NCBI RefSeq assembly: GCF_048266485.1
Contig: NZ_JBLWZK010000008.1
Coordinates: forward strand, 39,763 to 103,762
Source: Vibrio sp.
GTDB taxonomy: Bacteria; Pseudomonadota; Gammaproteobacteria; Enterobacterales; Vibrionaceae
Length of the DNA: 64,000 nt
Reading direction: 5' to 3'
Shown here: positions 1 to 10,667 of the stretch, piece after piece
Position numbering within the stretch: position 1 is the first letter of the stretch
How the letters are laid out: every line of letters starts with the position of its first letter
Translations under genes and position numbers: made by a program
Notes under the pieces: model-generated
What the model saw: only the letters and a program-made list of their open reading frames with translations
What the model was told of the DNA's origin: nothing
Database searches by the model: none

Positions 1-1599
1 TGACCATGCATCATGCTTCATTCGTAGTTGATAAATAAATTGGCGATGTTGATCTTTTTCTTCTAACTCTAGAGCCAATTGATCCGCATTTTTTTGTTCA
101 TCAGTATTGAGATCTAACCAGGTTTGATTGGCGGCTTGAAATAGGGCTTCTTTACCATGAACATCCGCCTGGCATTGCTGAAAGTGCTTTTCTTCCACAG
201 CAATAGTATTAGCAAGATTAACCTTTTCTTGTTGCTCGGCTTGAATAGTCTTATTGAGATCGACTATTTCACGCCCCTTTTGCGCCATTTGTTCAACTTG
301 CAACTGCCATGAATTTAGGTGTTGAGAGATCACCTCATCATTCGCGTGCTTATCTAAATACTCTCGACAAGTCGCCTGCTGTTGTTGGGCTTGTTCTAAA
401 GCAGACTTAACCTGGCTAAGTTCTTGTTGTACGGCATTAAGCTGCTTATTTTCATTTTGATATTGGTTAGTTAAATCAGCAACTTTGCTCTCTTTTTGTT
501 GTATGTCTTGATCCAGCGGCAATACTTGTTCATCAATTAATTTGAATAGACTTCGCTGGGATTTTTTCTGTTGTTCCAATGCAATAGCAGCCTGATCATG
601 ACTTTGTTGTTTCGATTGCTTCTGCTTTTCAAACTCTGAAAATTGCTGCTGTTTGTCATTGAATTGAGTGGTAACCGCATCAAGTTGTTGCTTCGCCTGT
701 TGCCATTGCAGGAAAGGCTGTCTCAATTTTTCAGCCGGTTCGCTTTTCGCGAGTTTATCCAACTGCGGCTGTTCATCTATTTTTTGCTGATTAACTTTCT
801 CTTGTAGTTGATGCGCTTCTTGCACAGCTTGCTGGGCAGTTTGGTACTGTTGCCACCAGTGGTGATGCTCATTCCAGGCTTGTTGTGTTTGCTTGTTTTT
901 CTGTTGCTGTTGTTTAACGTCTTCAAGTTCATTATTCAGTGCTGAAACTTGCTCTAAAGAGAGAAGTTGAACGCCTTTTGCTTGCGATTCCAGTTCCGCT
1001 AACTTTTGTTTGGCATTTGTAAAGTACTCATGCACTTTCTCTGAAATTTGACCGTAGATCTCCGTGCCCGTTAATTCTTCAAGTAGCTCGGCTCGCTCGG
1101 ATTCTTTCGCATTTAAAAAAGCGGCAAATTGGCCCTGAGATAACATCATGGATTTAGTAAAACGAGAAAAATCCAACCCAGTGATTTCCTTTAATAAGGA
1201 ATCTTTTCGTTTCGTTTGACTCGCAAGAACCTTACCACTTACCACTTCAGCCAACTCCACAACCGCTGATTGCAAATTGCCATCTATTTTACCTCTAGAA
1301 CGACGCATGCTCCAAAATGCTCGAAACGCTTTTCCTTTCACCTCAAATTCAACTTCCGCTAAACACTCAGCCGTACCTCGCGTCATAATTTCATTGTTCG
1401 AAGTGGTAATTAGCCCAAGACGTGGTGTTTGGTGATACAGAGCAAGGCACATGGCATCAAGTAATGTAGTTTTACCTGCGCCAGTTGGCCCAGTGATGGC
1501 GAACAAACCATTTTCTACAAAAGGCGATTGAGTGAAGTCGATCTTCCACTCCCCCTTTAATGAATTTAAATTTTGAAAGCGAACCGTTAAGATTTTCAT
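1..1599 (-). CDS. sbcC: SbcC exonuclease ATPase subunit (partial, runs off the left edge)
   Basis: Missing from the ORF track because it is truncated. ATG at 1599 overlaps the sbcD stop (TAATG). Translates MKILTVRFQNLNSLKGEWKIDF...AITGPTGAGKTTLLDAMCLALY (Walker A), then ...SMMLSQGQFAAFL and a Q/E/K-rich coiled coil. Confidence 0.95.
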   Translation of the reverse strand, partial: MKILTVRFQNLNSLKGEWKIDFTQSPFVENGLFAITGPTGAGKTTLLDAMCLALYHQTPRLGLITTSNNEIMTRGTAECLAEVEFEVKGKAFRAFWSMRRSRGKIDGNLQSAVVELAEVVSGKVLASQTKRKDSLLKEITGLDFSRFTKSMMLSQGQFAAFLNAKESERAELLEELTGTEIYGQISEKVHEYFTNAKQKLAELESQAKGVQLLSLEQVSALNNELEDVKQQQQKNKQTQQAWNEHHHWWQQYQTAQQAVQEAHQLQEKVNQQKIDEQPQLDKLAKSEPAEKLRQPFLQWQQAKQQLDAVTTQFNDKQQQFSEFEKQKQSKQQSHDQAAIALEQQKKSQRSLFKLIDEQVLPLDQDIQQKESKVADLTNQYQNENKQLNAVQQELSQVKSALEQAQQQQATCREYLDKHANDEVISQHLNSWQLQVEQMAQKGREIVDLNKTIQAEQQEKVNLANTIAVEEKHFQQCQADVHGKEALFQAANQTWLDLNTDEQKNADQLALELEEKDQHRQFIYQLRMKHDAWS

Positions 1600-2903
1600 T
1601 ACTTCACTTCCTTATCGCTATTACCAGTTTGTTGCTCTAACACATCGGAGACAACTTGCTCAAACTGCTGCATAATTCGTTGTTGCCTAGCCTCTGCCTC
1701 TTCTCCTTCAAAGGATTCAAGGCTCATTCGTTTGTGGAAAACATCTTGCGGGGTAAGCTCTGCCAGAGTTTCATTTTTCACCTGAGTCAGTGATTGAACT
1801 TGTTGCGAGCGACTACGACGCAGTTGCAAGACTTCAACATTAAGGTTTTCTGTCATAGCTTGGATTCTTGACTGTAAATCTGATAAGTAATCATCCACTT
1901 CCACATGAATACACAACCAGACCGTTTGCTCAATATCAACAAATTGCTGCAATTGCGACTCTATACTTTCAAGTGAGCCTTTCAGTGTCATCATAGATTG
2001 AAAAAGCGGAATAGAAAGTGGTTCGATCCGCTTACCATTTTCGTTGAATTCAACTAACACTACTTGTTTATTCGATAACTTTGATTGGCTTTTTTCTGGG
2101 CTTTCAGTTTCAATCGTTTTGGCTTTAATCTCATCAAAACTTAACGGAATAGGCGATCCGCAATAGCGAATAGATTCAGATTTAGCAACAATTTGTGGTC
2201 TGTGTATGTGGCCAAGCGCAATATAATCAACGGTCGGAAAGGCTTTAGCATCAAAGGCTTCAAGTGAGCCGATATAAATATCGCGCACCGATTCAGAAGT
2301 AGCCACACCTAATGCTGTTAAGTGACCCGTTGCGATTATTGGTAGTTTACGTTTGAGTTTCTGTTCTTGCTCACTTTGTATTTCTAACGCCTTATCGTAC
2401 AAGTTCTGATAGTGCTGTTGAATAGCCTCTCCCAACGCTTGTTTTTTTTGGGTACTTGTTTCTCCTGCGACACTTTGCAACACATCTCTTGGTCGGATAA
2501 AAGGAACCGCACACAAAATAGCACCAGCTTTCTTATTACGATCTTCTAACAAAATCACTTGTTCATTAAGGTTTTCAGTCGTATTCGCAATAACATGGGT
2601 ATTTAAGCAAGCAAGCAGATCTTTAGATTCATTCAGCATTGAAACTGAATCATGATTACCACCCAAAACGATTAATGTGGTATCTAGTTGACTCAATTTC
2701 ACAACAAACTGATTGTACATTTCTCGGGCGTAACTTGGTGGCGTACCAGTATCGAAAACATCTCCCGCTATAATAACCGCATCGACTTGTTGTGCTTTAA
2801 CCAACTCTAGTAGCCAATGAATAAAAGCTTGATGTTCATTCTTGCGACTTTTTGTGAAAAAATTTTGACCAAGATGCCAATCTGAAGTGTGGATAATTTT
2901 CAT
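1599..2903 (-). CDS. sbcD: SbcD exonuclease, metallophosphoesterase subunit
   Basis: MKIIHTSDWHLGQ, AGDVFD, GGNHDS, ALGHIH and YCGSP motifs. Start reassigned from 3014 to the ATG at 2903. Confidence 0.95.
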   Translation of the reverse strand: MKIIHTSDWHLGQNFFTKSRKNEHQAFIHWLLELVKAQQVDAVIIAGDVFDTGTPPSYAREMYNQFVVKLSQLDTTLIVLGGNHDSVSMLNESKDLLACLNTHVIANTTENLNEQVILLEDRNKKAGAILCAVPFIRPRDVLQSVAGETSTQKKQALGEAIQQHYQNLYDKALEIQSEQEQKLKRKLPIIATGHLTALGVATSESVRDIYIGSLEAFDAKAFPTVDYIALGHIHRPQIVAKSESIRYCGSPIPLSFDEIKAKTIETESPEKSQSKLSNKQVVLVEFNENGKRIEPLSIPLFQSMMTLKGSLESIESQLQQFVDIEQTVWLCIHVEVDDYLSDLQSRIQAMTENLNVEVLQLRRSRSQQVQSLTQVKNETLAELTPQDVFHKRMSLESFEGEEAEARQQRIMQQFEQVVSDVLEQQTGNSDKEVK

Positions 2904-3014
2904 AAAGTAACGAACAGGCCAATTGAAAAAGATAAAGGAATTGTGCCATAACTGGTTGAAGAAGAAAGCGGAACCTGCATTTAATTGACCTATAAAACGA
3001 AGAATCCCAAGCAT

Positions 3015-3045
3015 AAAAAAAGCTCAGGAAATTTAACCTGAGCTT
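3015..3045 (-). terminator. Intrinsic terminator (minus strand)
   Basis: Stem AAGCTCAGG (3020-3028) / CCTGAGCTT (3037-3045), followed on the minus strand by a 7-T tract. Confidence 0.8.
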
Positions 3046-3195
3046 GTTACAAAAACCATCACAAAAGTAACGGCCAGCTATGCGTAACCACCAATGTGTG
3101 TTCTAGTGTTTAGCTGATCGGCGGCCAAACCAAAAGCTAAACGAACACCTGGTATGCGACTAATTTCGTCGCTTTACCAATACACTGCCTGTTAA
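3015..3195 (-). ncRNA. Candidate structured sRNA or leader RNA (unassigned family)
   Basis: Two nested hairpins (3150-3179 and 3098-3148) precede a strong terminator. No credible ORF. Ends are approximate. Confidence 0.4.
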
Positions 3196-3460
3196 TAGTA
3201 GACAATCCATTAAGATTGCTTTCTATACAACAAACAACATGTATTCAGTAAAAAGAACTAAACAGCTTATTTATCTATAGGTTATCGAGTTTTCCTTAGC
3301 TTTGATAAAAATCCCTATCAAGAATTTACAATCATTTCATGAAAAACTTGTGATGTAAAAACAAGCATTAATTAAAAAATCAATCTCTGTATTTTAAACA
3401 GACCGCAATTCTAGCGTTTCTATTGAAGTATGTCATTAAAAGTGTGAATGACATCGCTAA

Positions 3461-3798
3461 ATCGGAAATATTGCGGCCCCCTACATTATTAGTATCCTTC
3501 TTGAACTTGCTTATATGACGAATAAACAAGCCGCTCACGTATAGGTTTAGCACCGATAACCAAAGAAAGTGAGTGCTATAAAGGTAAAAGAACCATCCAA
3601 GTTGGTCGTTCTCAAGTCAGAACTGTACTCTATTTGGCAATAGTCAGCGATGTAATTCGATTTTTAAAGCTCATTACCTATACCTTTTAGATGCTGGATA
3701 ACCGACAAAAGTCGCTATTATTGCGTATGTTCGTAAGATGGATGTATCTTAAATTCGATACTAATAGATCGCGTCATGTGGGATGAAAATAGAGCTTG
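3461..3798 (+). pseudogene. Decayed IS110-family transposase, C-terminal (Tnp) domain remnant
   Basis: Joining frames gives IGNIAAPYIISILLELAYMTNKQAA / IGLAPITKESECYKGKRTIQVGRSQVRTVLYLA / FKAHYLYLLDAG*PTKVAIIAYVRKM / LNSILIDRVMWDENRA. This matches the IS110 C-terminal pattern, with frameshifts and a stop. Confidence 0.85.
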
Positions 3799-3957
3799 GC
3801 AGGCATTAAAAAAGCCCATCAAATCTAAACAAAATACTGTTTAGAAAATTAGGGCTAAATTAGGTTTTTTAAGGCTGTATTGGGCTTTATTTTCCACACT
3901 ATTGTTTTTATCAACAGTGTCGTGCTTTTGAAAATATCCTCCTTGGATATCCTAAAA

Positions 3958-4995
3958 CTACTTAGTCCAATCTAAGATAACTTTCCCCGAAAGCCCGCCA
4001 CGCATCGTGTCGAAGCCCTCTTGAAAATCATCAACACTGAAATGGTGCGTGATAATTGGAGTTAGATCTAGGCCTGATTGAATCAAGCTTGCCATCTTAT
4101 ACCAAGTTTCGAACATTTCACGGCCGTAGATACCTTTGATCACTAAACCTTTGAAGATAACTTTAGTCCAGTCAATTGCCATATCGGATGGTGGGATACC
4201 AAGAAGCGCTACACGGCCACCGTGATTCATGGATTCAAGCATTGAGTTGAATGCCATTGGAACACCAGACATTTCTAGACCAACATCAAAGCCTTCTGTC
4301 ATGCCTAACTCAGCCATCACGTCTTCAAGTTTTTCTTCCGCAACGTTAACTGCACGAGTTACGCCCATTTTACGTGCTAATTCTAAGCGGTATTCGTTTA
4401 CATCAGTAATCACAACGTGACGCGCACCAACGTGTTTAGCAACTGCCGCCGCCATGATACCAATTGGACCAGCACCTGTGATTAGAACATCTTCACCCAC
4501 TAAATCAAACGATAGCGCGGTGTGCACTGCGTTACCAAATGGGTCAAAGATGGATGCCAAATCATCAGAAATTTCATCTGGGATTTTAAATGCATTAAAG
4601 GCTGGAATCACTAAGTATTCAGAAAACGCACCGGTACGGTTTACGCCCACACCTGTTGTATTACGGCATAAGTGAGTACGACCACCACGGCAGTTACGAC
4701 AGTGACCACAGGTAATATGGCCTTCACCTGAAACACGGTCGCCAAGTTCGAAACCTTTGACTTCTTGGCCGATGTCAACGACTTCACCTACGTATTCGTG
4801 ACCAACAACCATTGGATAAGGAATAGTATTTTGTGACCATTCATCCCAGTTATAGATATGAACATCAGTACCACAAATAGCAGTTTTACGAATTTTGATT
4901 AAGATGTCGTTATGACCCATCTCAGGCATATCAACGTCTGTCATCCAAATGCCCTCTTCAGGCTTTAGCTTAGAGAGTGCTTTAATTTTACCCAT
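3958..4995 (-). CDS. tdh: L-threonine 3-dehydrogenase
   Basis: ICGTDVH, GHEYVG and Zn-binding [10 protein letters not shown]...C motifs. Start at [10 protein letters not shown] (4995). Directly downstream of kbl. Confidence 0.97.
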   Translation of the reverse strand: MGKIKALSKLKPEEGIWMTDVDMPEMGHNDILIKIRKTAICGTDVHIYNWDEWSQNTIPYPMVVGHEYVGEVVDIGQEVKGFELGDRVSGEGHITCGHCRNCRGGRTHLCRNTTGVGVNRTGAFSEYLVIPAFNAFKIPDEISDDLASIFDPFGNAVHTALSFDLVGEDVLITGAGPIGIMAAAVAKHVGARHVVITDVNEYRLELARKMGVTRAVNVAEEKLEDVMAELGMTEGFDVGLEMSGVPMAFNSMLESMNHGGRVALLGIPPSDMAIDWTKVIFKGLVIKGIYGREMFETWYKMASLIQSGLDLTPIITHHFSVDDFQEGFDTMRGGLSGKVILDWTK

Positions 4996-5028
4996 ATTTT
5001 TAATGTCGCCAATAGATCGAACTGTCAT

Positions 5029-6222
5029 TTAGATGATCTCCATTTCTTTACCAACCGCGATGAATGCATCAATTGCGCGATCAAGTTGTTCACGGCTATG
5101 AGCGGCTGACATTTGAGTACGAATACGCGCTTGGCCTTTTGGTACGACGGGGAATGAGAAGCCCACAACGTAAATGCCTTTTTCAAGTGCACGTTCTGCA
5201 AATTCAGCGGCGACTTTCGCATCACCTAACATAATAGGAATAATCGCGTGATCAGCACCCGCCATAGTAAAGCCTGCTTCAGTCATGCGAGTTCGGAAAT
5301 GATCAGCATTTTCCCAAAGCTTAGTACGAAGATCATTGCTTTCAGCCAGTAGGTCAATAACACGAATTGAGGCCGAAACAATCGCAGGAGCTACTGAGTT
5401 TGAGAACAAGTAAGGACGAGAACGTTGACGTAACCAGTCAATCACTTCTTTTTTACCCGCAGTGTAACCGCCTGAAGCGCCACCCATTGCTTTGCCTAAT
5501 GTGCCCGTGATCAAATCAATACGGCCCATTACATTATTGTATTCGTGAGTACCACGGCCATTTTCGCCCATAAAGCCAACGGCGTGAGAATCATCCACCA
5601 TCACTAACGCATTGTATTTATCCGCTAAATCACAGATAGCGGTTAAGTTTGCAACCACACCATCCATTGAGAATACACCGTCTGTCACAATCAGTTTATG
5701 ACGTGCGCCAGCTTCATCTGCGGCGATCAATTGTTGCTCTAGTTCAGCCATATTATTGTTGGCATAGCGGAAGCGTTTCGCTTTACATAAACGAACACCA
5801 TCAATGATAGAGGCGTGGTTTAGAGCATCAGAAATAATCGCATCTTCTGCTCCAAGGATAGTCTCAAATAAACCTGTGTTTGCATCAAAGCAAGAGGTGT
5901 AAAGAATGGTATCTTCCATACCTAAGAAATCAGATAACTTACGCTCAAGCTCTTTATGCGAATCTTGTGTACCACAAATAAAACGAACAGAAGCCATACC
6001 AAAACCGTGCTCATCCATCCCTTGTTTCGCTGCTTCAATAAGCGCAGGGTGATTAGCCAGACCTAAGTAGTTATTGGCACAAAAGTTTAATACTTCTTCA
6101 CCTGTTGAGATTGAAACAGCAGCAGCTTGAGCTGACGTGATCACGCGTTCAGATTTGTATAAACCTTCAGTTTTGACATCATCAATCTGTTGGTTGATTT
6201 GTTGGTAGAATGCAGAAGACAT
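5029..6222 (-). CDS. kbl: 2-amino-3-ketobutyrate CoA ligase (glycine C-acetyltransferase)
   Basis: [22 protein letters not shown] and [14 protein letters not shown] (PLP lysine) motifs. Confidence 0.97.
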   Translation of the reverse strand: MSSAFYQQINQQIDDVKTEGLYKSERVITSAQAAAVSISTGEEVLNFCANNYLGLANHPALIEAAKQGMDEHGFGMASVRFICGTQDSHKELERKLSDFLGMEDTILYTSCFDANTGLFETILGAEDAIISDALNHASIIDGVRLCKAKRFRYANNNMAELEQQLIAADEAGARHKLIVTDGVFSMDGVVANLTAICDLADKYNALVMVDDSHAVGFMGENGRGTHEYNNVMGRIDLITGTLGKAMGGASGGYTAGKKEVIDWLRQRSRPYLFSNSVAPAIVSASIRVIDLLAESNDLRTKLWENADHFRTRMTEAGFTMAGADHAIIPIMLGDAKVAAEFAERALEKGIYVVGFSFPVVPKGQARIRTQMSAAHSREQLDRAIDAFIAVGKEMEII

Positions 6223-6325
6223 GGAATATCCTTTTTATTATTGGGATTTTTAGCGTTTAAAAGCTGAAGACTATTTTAGTTCATGGTGAAAGAGACTATT
6301 ATCCCTCCACATGGAAAAACATTAA

Positions 6326-6338
6326 TGAATTAAATTCA
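6326..6338. promoter_or_regulatory. LysR-type T-N11-A box
   Basis: Palindrome TGAATT-A-AATTCA in the divergent kbl/LysR intergenic region. Confidence 0.55.
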
Positions 6339-6354
6339 CAAATGGGCTATTTAG

Positions 6355-7266
6355 ATGTTGAATTCTCGACTTATCGCATTGTTACCGGATCTCGCCACCT
6401 TCATTTTAGTGGTCAATAAAGGCAGCTTTACCGCGGCCGCAAAAGAGTTAGGGGTCACACCTTCCGCTTTAAGTAAATTGATCACCCGTTTAGAAGCCTC
6501 GCTCTCGGTTAAGCTGTTTGAGCGTACTACGCGAACATTACAGATCACACAATCAGGTCAAAAGATTTACCAACAATCGGTCGCTATGGTGAATGCGGCT
6601 CAACAGGCGGTGGATATCTCCAATGCTGAACACGAAGAGCCGGTGGGTACTGTCACCGTCGCCGCACCAAAAGCCTTTTTGAGTATAGTCTTACAACCAA
6701 TCGTGACACCTTTTTTACAGCGTTATCCGAATATTGAATTGAAGTTGAAAGTCTCTGATGGCGATATCGATATGGTAGAACAAGGTATCGATATTATGTT
6801 TCGCTTAACCGATAAGCCGTATGAAAATCTAATTTCTCGAGAACTTGGCAAGGTCAATTTATCACTTTGTGCTAGTCCAGAATATTTAGATCATAAAGGT
6901 CATCCGCAACATCCTACTGAATTAATACAGCATGATTGCTTATACCTTGGAGAAGCTCGTAATGATCATATTTGGAATTTTGTTCAAGGTAATGAAACTC
7001 ATACAATTCCTGTATCAGGGCGATATGCCGTTAACCATTCACAAATGCGTCTTAATGGGGTCAAAGATGGGCTTGGTATTGGTATCTTCCCTGATTTTGT
7101 AATCCGAGAAGCATTGAGTAATGGAGAAGTCATTCAAGTATTAGACGATTGGACGATCAAAGGAAACTATCATGGAGTAATTGCCATGCAATACGCGTCT
7201 AGCAAATACATGCCGACGCGTCTGAAAGTGTTTATCGATTATGCCGTAAAACATTTACCTATTTAA
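6355..7266 (+). CDS. LysR-family regulator, divergent from kbl-tdh
   Basis: GSFTAAAKELGVTPSALSKLITRLE helix-turn-helix and LFERTTR motif. Confidence 0.92.
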   Translation: MLNSRLIALLPDLATFILVVNKGSFTAAAKELGVTPSALSKLITRLEASLSVKLFERTTRTLQITQSGQKIYQQSVAMVNAAQQAVDISNAEHEEPVGTVTVAAPKAFLSIVLQPIVTPFLQRYPNIELKLKVSDGDIDMVEQGIDIMFRLTDKPYENLISRELGKVNLSLCASPEYLDHKGHPQHPTELIQHDCLYLGEARNDHIWNFVQGNETHTIPVSGRYAVNHSQMRLNGVKDGLGIGIFPDFVIREALSNGEVIQVLDDWTIKGNYHGVIAMQYASSKYMPTRLKVFIDYAVKHLPI

Positions 7267-7305
7267 TAGATCATCTTAGTGAAGCATCAAGATTACCCCC
7301 TAAGG

Positions 7306-8052
7306 TTACAACCTCTCAAATTCAGAAATCGCTTGGCGACCACGTTTAGCTAAGAATTCTAAAAACTGTTTCGGTGTGTGCGTAATCACTTGCTCTGCGG
7401 GCATTGCAATACGATCAAGCAATTCACTCACCTTTTCGAATTTACCCAGATCATGAGCAAAATGAGCATCGGAGCCTGTCGTGATATAACCACCCGATTC
7501 TTTTACCGCTAAAGCAATCGCTTCACAACGCTGTTCACTGCCCGCACGACTGCCGCCTTTTAATGAAGAGTTATTCAATTCAATCGCCACATTGTGTTGT
7601 TTGGCACACTCAGCTACCGCTTTAAAATCGAAATCGTATCTCGGGTTTCCTAGGTGACCGAGCGCATCAACGCGGCCACTTTTAATCACATTGATTAACG
7701 TTGTGGTATGAACCTCTTTGGTAGAAGGTGTAAATACCGGCTCATGGAAACTCGCAATGACCCAATCTAAATGCTCATCGGAACTAGGATGAATATCAAC
7801 CTCACCAGATTCATTCATAATGTTGCTTTCCATACCGCGCAAAATGGCCACATCACTTAAAAATCGGGGTAAAATACGTTGGTTATTGAAAAACCAATAA
7901 TGTGGAGCGCCCGGCATAGTTGAAGCATGGTCTGTAGTGCAAAACATTTTCATACCATGCTTATGAGCGCATTCAGCATTCTCAATTAACGTACTATAAG
8001 CATGACCGCTTGCATAAGTGTGAGTATGGGTATCAACCTGTATCTGCATCAT
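7306..8052 (-). CDS. ycdX: PHP-domain phosphatase (YcdX-like)
   Basis: DTHTHT, TDHA, GHLGNP and TGSDAH PHP motifs. Confidence 0.85.
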   Translation of the reverse strand: MMQIQVDTHTHTYASGHAYSTLIENAECAHKHGMKMFCTTDHASTMPGAPHYWFFNNQRILPRFLSDVAILRGMESNIMNESGEVDIHPSSDEHLDWVIASFHEPVFTPSTKEVHTTTLINVIKSGRVDALGHLGNPRYDFDFKAVAECAKQHNVAIELNNSSLKGGSRAGSEQRCEAIALAVKESGGYITTGSDAHFAHDLGKFEKVSELLDRIAMPAEQVITHTPKQFLEFLAKRGRQAISEFERL

Positions 8053-8324
8053 ATTTCTCCTTCTACTGGGTTATATACCATATCATTTTCATGTTGCGGC
8101 TGTATTAAAAATACAATCTAAGTTTCTAAAGAATGTTTAGTGAATCAAAACTCACCATTATCTTATCCCAACCACACCCATTAGATGAGCAGATAATTAG
8201 TACGATTGGTATTAGGTAAGTTTAGTGTCAATTTTATTCTGTAAACTCAAATAATGAATACAAAGAAGTATAAACAGGTGTAATTTATATATATCCAAAC
8301 TTTCAAATCGAAAAGGATATTCTT

Positions 8325-9446
8325 ATGCTTAAGCTCAAACCTGCATCTTTAATCATTATCGCCATTTTTGGTTTATCACAGCTTACCTTTGTACCAACCG
8401 TCTTAGCAAAAGAAAATCTAAGGCAACAAACATCTGCAATTCAAGCCACTCGTTATCAACAAGATGCCGAGATTATTAAGCATACGTTCGAGAGCCAACT
8501 TTACACGCTGAATGCCAACACTGCTGGGCATTACGGGTTAAGGATGTACCGCCAAACGTTAGATCCGAAATACTCTGCAGCAGTTTGGTCAGATATGGCA
8601 AGAGTCGCTAGCACACTTAATGAAATTGCCGCTGAAATACACACGCGTAAGCAAGCCAAAGCTTACGGGCAGAAGAAATTACAGTACTATAAAACAAAGA
8701 AGACTGTTCGCACCCAATTGCGCTACGAAGTGACCAAAGATAAGCCTGAATATCTATTCTTAGGTATCGACCTTCTTGGCGCTATGGCTCGAGCAGATGA
8801 ATATGGTTTAAAGCATAAAGGCGATAAGCATCTACATAACTTAATTCGTCAATTCGACTTTAAACCCTATGCAACTGACCCTGAAATGATCAAAGCATGG
8901 GCGGCTCAATTAGCAAATCAAGTCTATTGGTTGCGCCAGTTAGATGAACAAGATGTGGTTGATGATTTTATTCTTGCTTTCCAAAAAACCTATCCAGATA
9001 ACCAAGATAAACAACTTACCGACCAACAATATACAAATAAAATTTACGGTTTAACTCATATTATTTTTGCCGCTTCGGAGTACTATCAACGCCCTATCGA
9101 CAATAAAGAATTCTCATGGATTTATGATTATTTCGATAAAAACATTGAACAAATATTAGCCCGAACTAAAGAGGATGTGGTGGCCGAGGTAGGTATCAGC
9201 TATCTACTTGCAGGAAAGTTAGATTCTCCAACTCTTGCCGATACACAAGCTACCATTTCTCATGCAATTGACATGAAAAGAGGCATGATTCCATCCACTG
9301 ATGGTGATTTTGAATTAGGAAAAGGTGAACATAGAAATGTATTGGCGATCATGCTATTAGGATGGCAAGGAACCAATGCGGCGCCAACCATTTCAAAGCA
9401 ACCAAATGTATTTAACAATTTACCATATGGTTTGGTTAAAAAGTAG
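8325..9446 (+). CDS. Exported protein, DUF3541-like
   Basis: N-terminal signal peptide. GHYGLRMYRQT, YGLTH and GEHRNVLAIMLL motifs are recalled from the Vibrio DUF3541 family. Confidence 0.65.
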   Translation: MLKLKPASLIIIAIFGLSQLTFVPTVLAKENLRQQTSAIQATRYQQDAEIIKHTFESQLYTLNANTAGHYGLRMYRQTLDPKYSAAVWSDMARVASTLNEIAAEIHTRKQAKAYGQKKLQYYKTKKTVRTQLRYEVTKDKPEYLFLGIDLLGAMARADEYGLKHKGDKHLHNLIRQFDFKPYATDPEMIKAWAAQLANQVYWLRQLDEQDVVDDFILAFQKTYPDNQDKQLTDQQYTNKIYGLTHIIFAASEYYQRPIDNKEFSWIYDYFDKNIEQILARTKEDVVAEVGISYLLAGKLDSPTLADTQATISHAIDMKRGMIPSTDGDFELGKGEHRNVLAIMLLGWQGTNAAPTISKQPNVFNNLPYGLVKK

Positions 9447-9610
9447 CATCGACCAAAGCACTCTCCCACTCAATGTATTGATGAATGGGGATCCCCCTGC
9501 GTAAAATCATTTATCTCTGTTATTGGAAGCGGCCATTGCATCTTTACTACTAGTAAATTTAATCAGCCGAGTTCAATTTAGCTGTATTATGATCTGTTAA
9601 TACTACTGAT

Positions 9611-9928
9611 TTATATAGAAAATATATTTTTCACTAGGAAGAACACCATCATACTAATTAAAGTCGTGGCAATCACATTCTTCATTTTCCAAGCGATAAA
9701 CGCCGCCAGAATAGCCGCAATCAAGTATGGATTATGATAAGAAACCGACAAACGATCATCATGGATAAACACAATCGGAGCCCAAATAGCAGTTAATACT
9801 GCCGGACTAGAATAACTAAGCAAACGCTGCGTATTGCCATTTAACTTTAGTGGTAGCTTAGGAGAAATAAACAAATAGCGACTAAAAAATACTACCGCTG
9901 TCATTGCCAAAATTGAAAGTAGAATCAT
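9611..9928 (-). CDS. azlD: AzlD-family membrane protein
   Basis: Small hydrophobic ORF overlapping azlC by 4 bp. RYLF...P motif. Confidence 0.8.
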   Translation of the reverse strand: MILLSILAMTAVVFFSRYLFISPKLPLKLNGNTQRLLSYSSPAVLTAIWAPIVFIHDDRLSVSYHNPYLIAAILAAFIAWKMKNVIATTLISMMVFFLVKNIFSI

Positions 9929-10662
9929 GCTTCCCCTTCACTATTTTGATGAGAAATTGCTTCATCTTTAACATTACCTTCAACTAAGTAACCCGCCACC
10001 ATCGCGAGCAAACTGGCAATAATAAGACTACCTTCAATTTTCCAATAACTCAGTAAAACGGATACTACCAAGGCAACAATAACCGATGTTAAAACAGACC
10101 AAGTTTTAATTGTTGGAATGACAATCGCAATAAACGTCGCAGCAACTGCAAAATCAAGCCCCCACTGGTCTAAATTCGGAATTCGTTTTCCTGCGACAAT
10201 CCCTATAAAACTAGCAATATTCCAAACTAAGTAGAAGCTAAAACCTGCACCTAATGCGTACCAGCGGTTAAACACTCTTTGAGTTTGATGGCCACAAACC
10301 GCAAACAATTCATCGGTCAGTAAAAAGCCTAATCCTAAACGCCATTTAAGCGGTAAAGGACTCAACTTTTCGCGCATCGACATACTGTAAAGAAAGTGAC
10401 GAGAAGTAATAAACAAGGTCGTCAACAACATTGTCCATAAGCCTACTTGAGCATCAAACATGCCCGTGGCCACGAGTTGTGCAGCTCCGGCAAATAAAAT
10501 CGCCGATAAGGCTTGCGCTTCAAATGGCGTTAAACCGATATCAATCGCATACGAACCAGCTAACAACCCCCAAGGAATGACGGCTAAACTGAGAGGGAAA
10601 ATAGCTAAAGTTCCCCGCCATATCTGTGATACGCGGGAAACATTTGAAGAAGCGTTATTCAT
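9925..10662 (-). CDS. azlC: AzlC-family branched-chain amino acid exporter
   Basis: FAGAAQ, SRHFLYS, LTDELFA and GLDFA motifs. Confidence 0.88.
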   Translation of the reverse strand: MNNASSNVSRVSQIWRGTLAIFPLSLAVIPWGLLAGSYAIDIGLTPFEAQALSAILFAGAAQLVATGMFDAQVGLWTMLLTTLFITSRHFLYSMSMREKLSPLPLKWRLGLGFLLTDELFAVCGHQTQRVFNRWYALGAGFSFYLVWNIASFIGIVAGKRIPNLDQWGLDFAVAATFIAIVIPTIKTWSVLTSVIVALVVSVLLSYWKIEGSLIIASLLAMVAGYLVEGNVKDEAISHQNSEGEA

Positions 10663-10667
10663 AAATA

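Noticed and set aside
2904-3014. N-terminal extension of the sbcD ORF in the track
   Set aside because: It overlaps the terminator and lacks homology. The family start MKIIHTSDWH is at 2903.
3160-3210. 16-aa minus-strand uORF MDCLLLTGSVLVKRRN as a leader peptide
   Set aside because: No Shine-Dalgarno sequence and no regulatory codon run. Likely chance.
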